DNA from: Candidatus Electronema aureum | GTDB taxonomy: Bacteria > Desulfobacterota > Desulfobulbia > Desulfobulbales > Desulfobulbaceae | Direction of reading: 5' to 3' | NCBI GenBank assembly: GCA_004284765.1 | Contig: NQJD01000026.1 | Coordinates: forward strand, 1-32,000 | Length of the DNA stretch: 32,000 nt | Shown: positions 1 through 5,865 of the stretch, piece after piece | Layout: every line of letters starts with the position of its first letter | Position numbering within the stretch: position 1 is the first letter of the stretch | Translations under genes and position numbers: made by a program | The notes under the pieces: model-generated | Told to the model about the DNA's origin: nothing | What the model saw: only the letters and a program-made list of their open reading frames with translations | Database searches by the model: none

Positions 1-127
1 GCATTAGTCAGGAAGACATTGTCGTTTTCGAGAAGCATTGAAAACTTAACTGCATCTGTTTGGAGATTTATTAATCACTACAACGATTGTATTTTATTTC
101 ATTGATCACTCACAGATCTCTATTACC
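1..127 (+). mobile_element. Right end of an IS1-family insertion sequence. It carries the 3' end of an InsB-like transposase ORF (stop at 103-105) and a terminal repeat ending at 127. The element continues left of the window.
   Basis: Frame-1 translation of 1-105 is ALVRKTLSFSRSIENLTASVWRFINHYNDCILFH*. This parallels the C-terminus of E. coli IS1 InsB (..[29 protein letters not shown]). The terminus ..TATTACC at 121-127 matches the IS1 end (GGTAAT.. read inward). A near-copy of about 130 bp lies at 1531-1657. Confidence 0.7.
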
Positions 128-402
128 TAGGAATTGGGCTGTCACTACGCCTTAATGACTACCCGGAAAAGCGGACACTTGGAGGATAGAAAGGCGGAAT
201 CTTAATTTCAGAACTCATATCAAACGCCTGAGCCGAAGAACAATCTGTTTTTCAAAAAACGAAAAATTCATGACAATGTCATCGGCATGTATATCAACCG
301 TTATTATTTTGAGAGCGGTCGATACTCAGCAAGTGCCTGATCAACGGATTTGAGCCACCACCGTCTATTAAACACGTTGCAACGATTGTACTTGGGCATT
401 CG

Positions 403-948
403 TTACTTAAATTGCATTGGAATGCCGCAGCAAACAAGGAAAACCTCATCAGCGGCAGCAGCAACAACTTGGTTGCATCTCCCGGTCAAGTCGCGAAAAC
501 GGCGTGAGGCAGGATTATCCGGGACGATACCCAGCCCAACTTCGTTACTGACGAGAATCACTCTACCTTGTCGTTGTCGTCGTTCGCAGGCCGCGCGGCA
601 AAGCTCTTCAGCGAATGCGGCGATTTGATCCTCGCTCATTTCGTGACCTTGCTGCTCCGCCTCGTGCATTAGGTTGCCGATCCACAACGTGAGGCAATCC
701 ACCAGTACGATTTCATCGGCAGGACGACAGCGCAGCACATCGGCAAGGCGGAGCGGTTCTTCAATCGTCTGCCAGCCTTTACCCTGTCGATCGCGCTGAT
801 GGCGAAGAATACGCCCGTCCATTTCTGGGTCGATGTGCGGGCAGGTGGCAAGAAAAAGGCGGGGCGCGTGAATGCGCTCGGCCATTTGCTGGGCAAAGGC
901 GGATTTGCCAGAGCGGCTGCCGCCAGTGATAAGGGTGAGGGCCGTCAT
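403..948 (-). CDS. cobU: Bifunctional adenosylcobinamide kinase / adenosylcobinamide-phosphate guanylyltransferase (CobU/CobP)
   Basis: 181-aa ORF with an N-terminal P-loop (LITGGSRSGKSAFAQ). Typical CobU blocks are present: ATCPHIDPEMDGRILRHQRDR, VLVDCLTLWIGNL, ILVSNEVGLGIVPDNPASRRFRDLTGRCNQ. The length is typical for CobU. Confidence 0.9.
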   Translation of the reverse strand: MTALTLITGGSRSGKSAFAQQMAERIHAPRLFLATCPHIDPEMDGRILRHQRDRQGKGWQTIEEPLRLADVLRCRPADEIVLVDCLTLWIGNLMHEAEQQGHEMSEDQIAAFAEELCRAACERRQRQGRVILVSNEVGLGIVPDNPASRRFRDLTGRCNQVVAAAADEVFLVCCGIPMQFK

Positions 949-1142
949 GTTTTATAAAAAATGTTTGGAATATAAGCACTCAGGCAACGAAAATTACGTA
1001 GGTTTTTTCTGTCACGAATTTTCTGCCTTATTAGATCTCTTGCATAAGTCATTCGCCCGCATTTTGGTAACAGTGAACCGTAAGTGACAAAGCGGACGGC
1101 ATCCAAAATGCTATATTGAATTCTCAGATAAAAACAATATAA

Positions 1143-1258
1143 TAGGAGTTACGCAGTTCGATTGCCAACCCGTTGATTTGATTCAACTGGCGATTTATAC
1201 AACAAAAAGACAACTTGCTGTAATGGTTGAGCTTCTCATTTCAACTGCGTAACTCCTA
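1143..1258. repeat. 116-bp unit bounded by a perfect 16-bp inverted repeat (TAGGAGTTACGCAGTT at 1143-1158, AACTGCGTAACTCCTA at 1243-1258). MITE-like or a structured RNA.
   Basis: I verified exact reverse complementarity of the two 16-mers base by base. They enclose 84 bp of AT-rich non-coding sequence between cobU and the IS remnants. Confidence 0.5.
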
Positions 1259-1339
1259 AGCAAATGAAAGGAAAAAATTTTCATGCAAAGAATGCTCGCG
1301 TCAATTTGTTGAAAATCCTCAAAACAAAAAAATGACGCG

Positions 1340-1657
1340 GAATGGCGAACATTTGACCGCCCTGTGGATCTCACTTTTTGAAGACTGCAAAAAGAACGGA
1401 ATATTTTTCACGGACGGCCTAGCCTCTTACGGAAAAGTATTTCCTGCGGCAAGACACAGAACTGTCAGTAAAGGAAGCGGAAAAAAGTCATATCGAAAGG
1501 ATTAATTTAACATTCAGACAAAGAGTGTCGGCATTAACCAGGAAGATATTGTCGTTTTCTATAAGCACCTAAAATTTAACTACATCTGTTTTGAGATTTA
1601 TTAACTACTACAACGATTGAATTTTATTCTATTGATCACTTACAATTCACCATTACC
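1340..1657 (+). pseudogene. Decayed IS1-family transposase 3' fragment (second copy) with a frameshift and an internal stop. The IS terminus is at 1657.
   Basis: Translation gives GEHLTALWISLFEDCKKNGIFFTDGLASYGKVFPAARHRTVSKGSGK, then a frameshift. It continues HIERINLTFRQRVSALTRKILSFSIST*NLTTSVLRFINYYND*. This parallels IS1 InsB ..[51 protein letters not shown]... It ends ..CATTACC at 1651-1657. The left boundary is approximate and the N-terminal half of the transposase is absent. Confidence 0.65.
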
Positions 1658-1920
1658 TGGCGGACAAACAAAGACCGGTCAGTAAATTTCGGAAAAAAGT
1701 GCAGATAATGCGCGCAAAAGCAGGCGAAGATGTCTTTGCCATATTCGAGTTTGAAATACTCGCCGTAAATTTCCATGGTGATGACTTTTTCATCTGTCAA
1801 GGCAGGTTTAAAGCCGCCCTGACGCAACCGGCATTGCTGCCTGATGACACTGTATTGTTCACAGACAACCAGAAAGACAGCGATAATAAAACTGTCTCCA
1901 TTGGCGCACTCCTTGTGAAT
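1658..1920 (-). pseudogene. N-terminal fragment of a DDE transposase (IS4/IS5/IS982-like), truncated by the IS1-family insertion at 1657/1658
   Basis: The minus-strand reading frame gives ..DSFIIAVFLVVCEQYSVIRQQCRLRQGGFKPALTDEKVITMEIYGEYFKLEYGKDIFACFCAHYLHFFPKFTDRSLFVRQ. This is the pattern typical of the N-terminal region of DDE transposases (..R.G..P.L[ST]D.EVIT..I.GE......D..I..YF..H....FP.L..RS.F.RQ). The frame runs directly into the IS1-like terminal repeat (GGTAATGGTG) and no catalytic domain follows. Confidence 0.55.
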
Positions 1921-2201
1921 AGGGCTTAGATACCGCTATGCTACAGGATGCGCCCAATGGATCGGGCATCTTCTTTAAGAGTTGCACATTAGGTTAGAAA
2001 CATAATCGGTTGCAGGTATTTTTTCAAAGGAGAAGAAAGGGAGTGAGCTGGTACTGTTGAATCCCCTGCTTGAAAAAGCGAGAAAGAAAAGGTATCCTGC
2101 TGGGAAATGTGGAATTCTGATACGCTAAGGGAGGTAGAGCTATTTCTATCGTTGGCAGCACAGCCGGTCTCAAAAGCAGCCAGCTCCGGCAGCTGGAACA
2201 A

Positions 2202-3755
2202 TTGTTGCGGAAAAAGGTCAGTCCAGATGAGGTGATAGGGCGGGAGCTTGCCCGCAGCCTTACGATTTTATCAGTGGAGCTGAACCGGCAGCTTGGTTTG
2301 CTCATTCATCGCTCTGGCACGGTGGAGACGGTTATTGTCGGTGATCACGACCGCATTGTCATCCCGGTCTTGGACAGATCGCGCACAGGCGGGGGTCGGC
2401 TCTGCGGACTACGCTGCGTCCACACTCATTTCGGTACAGCTGGCCCGGATGAGGAAGACATCATGGACATGGTTTGCCTACGCTTAGACCTGATGTCCGT
2501 GTTGACTCTCAGCAGCGGCCAGACTGAGCTGCTGCACATTGCCCATGTTCAGCCCGACAGCGCAAAAGGCTGGCTGCTGCTGGAACCAGTGCATCCTGCT
2601 ACGCCGCAGTTTTCTTGTCTCGCCTTGATTGAAACTATCGAGGAACAGTTAGCCCGGCTTCAACTGCTGCGTAAGGTCGATCAAGGCCAAGAGCGAGCCA
2701 TTCTCGTTTCAGTCAGCACTGGTTCGCGGACAGAGACAGCGGATTCGATGCTGGAGCTGGCCGAGTTAGCCCGCGCCGCCAAGGTGCAAGCAGTCGAGCG
2801 GGTGATTCAGCATCGCAGTAGGGTTGATCCCCGCTTTATCCTCGGCAGCGGCAAGCTGATGGAAATCATGCTGATGAGCATCAGCACCGGGGCTAATCTG
2901 CTTATCTTTGATCAAGAGCTGACCCCTTCGCAGGTGCGCTCCATCACCAATCGCACCGACCTGCGGGTGATCGACCGCACGCAGCTCATTCTTGATATCT
3001 TCGCTTCTCGCGCCCTGTCACGCGAGGGCAGGCTGCAAATCGAGATGGCCCAGCTCAAATACCTGCTCCCTTTTCTTGCCTCCAGAGATGATTCGCTTTC
3101 TCGGCTCACCGGTGGCATCGGCGCACGCGGGCCAGGTGAGACCAAGTTAGAGATTGACCGCCGTCGGATCAAAGACCGCATCGCTCGGCTCGCTGATGAG
3201 CTGAAAGAAGTGGGCAGCCAGCGCTATCATCGCCGGAGTCGTCGCCGCAAGCATGAGGTGCCGGTGGTTTCGCTGGTCGGCTACACCAACGCGGGTAAAT
3301 CCACCTTGCTCAACAGTCTAACTGGTGCGCATATTTTGGCCGAGGATATGCTGTTCGCCACCCTTGACCCTACTTCGCGCCGCTTCCGCCTGCCCGGCGG
3401 GACAGAAGCGGTGCTGACAGACACCGTGGGCTTTATCCGCAATCTGCCTGCTGAATTGCTCAAGGCTTTTGCCTCAACGCTTGAAGAGCTGTCTGAGGCT
3501 GACTTGCTTCTGCATGTGATTGATTTGGCGAATCCGGCGTGGCAGCAACAAGTAGAAGTGGTGGACAGTTTGCTGCACGAACTTGAGCTGGAGCAGATTC
3601 CCTGCCTGCGGGTTTACAACAAGATGGACCTACTGCCGGAGGGTTTGCCGTTACAGGCGAATGGCGGGGTTTATGTCAGTGCCAGAGATGCGGCAAGTTT
3701 AGCCGGCCTGTTGATGGAGATAGAGAAGAGGCTGACTATACGCGAGGGCTGCTAA
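2202..3755 (+). CDS. hflX: GTPase HflX (long form with an N-terminal extension)
   Basis: HflX N-domain blocks are present: LIFDQELTPSQVRSITNRTDLRVIDRTQLILDIFASRA, GRLQIEMAQLKYLLP, GGIGARGPGETKLEIDRRRI. The G1 motif is LVGYTNAGKSTLLNSLTG, followed by FATLDPTSRR and G3 DTVGFI. The TTG start at 2202 comes from the ORF track. The frame is open from 2121 with no ATG, so the start is uncertain. Confidence 0.92.
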   Translation: MLRKKVSPDEVIGRELARSLTILSVELNRQLGLLIHRSGTVETVIVGDHDRIVIPVLDRSRTGGGRLCGLRCVHTHFGTAGPDEEDIMDMVCLRLDLMSVLTLSSGQTELLHIAHVQPDSAKGWLLLEPVHPATPQFSCLALIETIEEQLARLQLLRKVDQGQERAILVSVSTGSRTETADSMLELAELARAAKVQAVERVIQHRSRVDPRFILGSGKLMEIMLMSISTGANLLIFDQELTPSQVRSITNRTDLRVIDRTQLILDIFASRALSREGRLQIEMAQLKYLLPFLASRDDSLSRLTGGIGARGPGETKLEIDRRRIKDRIARLADELKEVGSQRYHRRSRRRKHEVPVVSLVGYTNAGKSTLLNSLTGAHILAEDMLFATLDPTSRRFRLPGGTEAVLTDTVGFIRNLPAELLKAFASTLEELSEADLLLHVIDLANPAWQQQVEVVDSLLHELELEQIPCLRVYNKMDLLPEGLPLQANGGVYVSARDAASLAGLLMEIEKRLTIREGC

Positions 3756-3778
3756 AATGATGAACAGAGTTTTTCACC

Positions 3779-5173
3779 TCAACATGAAGAAGCGGAGAAC
3801 TTTGGAAAGACCTTGCCTGGATTAAGAATGCCGTTGGGATCAAAAAGCTGCTTCAGCCTGCGCATGAGCTGGAGGCTGGCCGGGTCAATCTCCAGCGGCA
3901 GAAAGGCGGACTTGGTGATGCCGATGCCGTGCTCGCCGGAAAGCGTGCCGCCGAGACTGAGGACAAAGCGGAACAGCCGCTCTTTGGCCTCAAGGCCGTT
4001 GCGGTGTTCATCGGGATCGCTCTTGTCGAGCATGATGTTGACGTGAATGTTGCCGTCGCCCGCGTGGCCGAAGGTGAGAATGAGCAGCTTCAGCTCAACG
4101 GCCAGCCGCTCGGTGAAGGCCACCAGATCGGGAATCTTTGAGCGCGGCACCACCACGTCTTCGGCGATTTTGTGTGGCCTGAGCGAGAGCACCGCAGGCG
4201 AAATCGAACGCCGGGCCAGCCACAGTTCCGCCGTCTTCTGCTCGTCCGCCGCTTGGCGGAGAACGCAATTGCCCTTTTCCGCAACAAACTTGGCGAAGCG
4301 GGCCGCCTGCTGATGCACCTCCTCCTTGCTGCCGTCGAACTCCACCAAAAGCAGGGCTGCAGTTCCGTCCGGCAACGGCTGCTTGAGCCGGTCGCGCACA
4401 GCGGCAATCGCGGTTCTGTCCATGTATTCGAGGGTGCAGGGCAGCAGCCCGGCGGAGAGGATTTCCGCCACTAACTTGGTCGCCTCAGCCAAATCGGGGA
4501 AAGTGAGGAGAAAGGTGGCCTTGCTTTCGGTCAGCGGCAGCAGGCGCAGGATGAGCTTGGTGAAGACCGCCAGCGTCCCTTCCGAGCCGATCAGCAGGCG
4601 GGTCAGATCGTAGCCGACCACGCCTTTTTCCGTGCGCACGCCGGTTTTGATGATCTCGCCGCTCGGCAGCACCGCCTCCAGACCGATGATGTAGTCGCGG
4701 GTCACGCCGTACTTGACCGCGCTGGGGCCGCCCGCGCACTCCGCTGCATTGCCGCCAATAGAGCAGAATTTCAGGCTGGCCGGATCGGGCGGATACATCA
4801 GGCCGCGCTTTTTCAGGGCCGCTTGCAGCTCGCCGGTGATCAGGCCCGGCTCAACCACGGCGATCATGTTGGCGGCATCAATCTCCAGAATCCGGTTCAT
4901 CCGGCTGAAGGTTATTACCAGCCCGCGCGCCACCGGCAGCGCGCCGCCGGTCACGCCGCTGCCCGCGCCGCGCGGAATGACCGGAAAGCGGTGCTCGTTG
5001 GCCAGCCGCAGGATCGCCGCAACCTGCTCCGCTGTTTCCGGCATCGCGGCGGCATCTGGCAGAAAGCTCTGGCCGGTCGCGTCGTAGCTGTAGCAGGCGC
5101 GGTCTTCCCAGCTTGTCAGCAGGCTGTCCGGGCCGAGAATGCGCCGGAGTTCTTTGAGGATGTGTTTGTCCAT
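3779..5173 (-). CDS. glcD: FAD-binding oxidase, GlcD-like (glycolate oxidase subunit / D-lactate dehydrogenase family)
   Basis: FAD_binding_4-type blocks are present: PVIPRGAGSGVTGGALP, NRILEIDAANMIAVVEPGLITGEL. The C-terminal FAD-oxidase block is GGTLSGEHGIGITKSAFL..DPNGILNPGKVF. The ORF track starts at GTG 5215. I prefer ATG 5173 (MDKHILKELRRILG), the usual family N-terminus. Neither start has a clear SD. Confidence 0.85.
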   Translation of the reverse strand: MDKHILKELRRILGPDSLLTSWEDRACYSYDATGQSFLPDAAAMPETAEQVAAILRLANEHRFPVIPRGAGSGVTGGALPVARGLVITFSRMNRILEIDAANMIAVVEPGLITGELQAALKKRGLMYPPDPASLKFCSIGGNAAECAGGPSAVKYGVTRDYIIGLEAVLPSGEIIKTGVRTEKGVVGYDLTRLLIGSEGTLAVFTKLILRLLPLTESKATFLLTFPDLAEATKLVAEILSAGLLPCTLEYMDRTAIAAVRDRLKQPLPDGTAALLLVEFDGSKEEVHQQAARFAKFVAEKGNCVLRQAADEQKTAELWLARRSISPAVLSLRPHKIAEDVVVPRSKIPDLVAFTERLAVELKLLILTFGHAGDGNIHVNIMLDKSDPDEHRNGLEAKERLFRFVLSLGGTLSGEHGIGITKSAFLPLEIDPASLQLMRRLKQLFDPNGILNPGKVFPKFSASSC

Positions 5174-5395
5174 TTTTGATGCAAGAGACCTCTTTGTTAT
5201 CCGCGTCAAGCACACCGTGAAGGGTTTGATCGAACATTTTTAACCTTGCGAATGCGGGATCACGGCGTGGCCGGGCCATTGACACTGCCCAAGTTCCAGC
5301 AGGAAAAACTGGAGATGCCGGTGCATTATCTACGATCTACGTCGCGGACTCTTTGATCCAAGGGGCAAAACGGCATCCGGCTCTCCTTGCATTGG

Positions 5396-5441
5396 TCATT
5401 TATATTCCAGTTGAGATAAATCTCAACTGGAATATAAATGA
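5396..5441. promoter_or_regulatory. 46-bp perfect palindrome (22-bp arms, 2-nt centre) in the divergent intergenic region between the glcD-like gene and the NLR island
   Basis: The sequence is TCATTTATATTCCAGTTGAGAT-AA-ATCTCAACTGGAATATAAATGA. I checked every arm position as complementary (5396 with 5441 through 5417 with 5420). It lies 56 bp upstream of the ATG at 5497. Both flanking genes point away from it, so it is not a terminator. Confidence 0.6.
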
Positions 5442-5496
5442 TGACTCATAATACAGACCGGCTCAACCTTATCAACCTTTGCTTGAGGAGCATCTG

Positions 5497-5865
5497 ATGG
5501 ACATTTTTACTTCTGCGATCATGGCTGCGCTGGGCAATTTAGGCGTAAAGGCGGTTGGCGATGCCTATGAGGGTGTAAAAGCACTGGTTCAGCGCAAGTT
5601 CGGCGCGGACCATAAGATGACCAAAGCGATTGAAGAGCTTGAGCAAGAGCCTGACTCGGACGGCTGGAAGCTCGTTCTGCAAGAGGCAGCGAAAAAAGCT
5701 GGTGCGGACAAGGATGCCGAGATTATGAAGGCGGTTCAAGCATTGCTGGATGCGGTGAAGGCGCAGCCGGGTGGCGAAAAAGCTATTCAGCAGATCATCA
5801 ATCAGCAGGTGAGCGGCAGCGGACACATCTTTTCTGGCAGTGGAAATGTAACCGTCACCAAATAA
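5497..5865 (+). CDS. Small alpha-helical protein (122 aa) with a glycine-zipper-like hydrophobic N-terminal helix and a C-terminal G/S-rich motif shared with the downstream NLR. Candidate Bell-like amyloid-signalling effector.
   Basis: ATG 5497 is preceded by GAGGAG at 5485-5490; the ORF-track TTG at 5479 is less likely. The N-terminus is MDIFTSAIMAALGNLGVKAVGDAY. The middle is K/E/A-rich and helical-looking. The C-terminus is IINQQVSGSGHIFSGSGNVTVTK*. The stop TAA overlaps the next ATG (TAATG at 5863-5867). Confidence 0.8.
   Translation: MDIFTSAIMAALGNLGVKAVGDAYEGVKALVQRKFGADHKMTKAIEELEQEPDSDGWKLVLQEAAKKAGADKDAEIMKAVQALLDAVKAQPGGEKAIQQIINQQVSGSGHIFSGSGNVTVTK
5794..5862 (+). other. C-terminal signalling-type motif of the small protein (IINQQVSGSGHIFSGSGNVTVTK)
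   Basis: 14 of 20 aligned residues are identical to residues 5-24 of the adjacent NLR, including an identical 8-residue core GSGHIFSG. Confidence 0.75.

Noticed and set aside
350-628. 92-aa plus-strand ORF and other short ORFs overlapping cobU
   Set aside because: They are antisense to a well-supported cobU ORF, Arg/Ser-rich, and have no signals.
949-1290. Cobalamin riboswitch upstream of cobU (minus strand)
   Set aside because: I read the minus strand and found no B12 box (..AGYCMGGAGACCKGCC..) and no conserved GGGAA/GGTG core. The region instead holds the 116-bp inverted-repeat element and AT-rich spacer.
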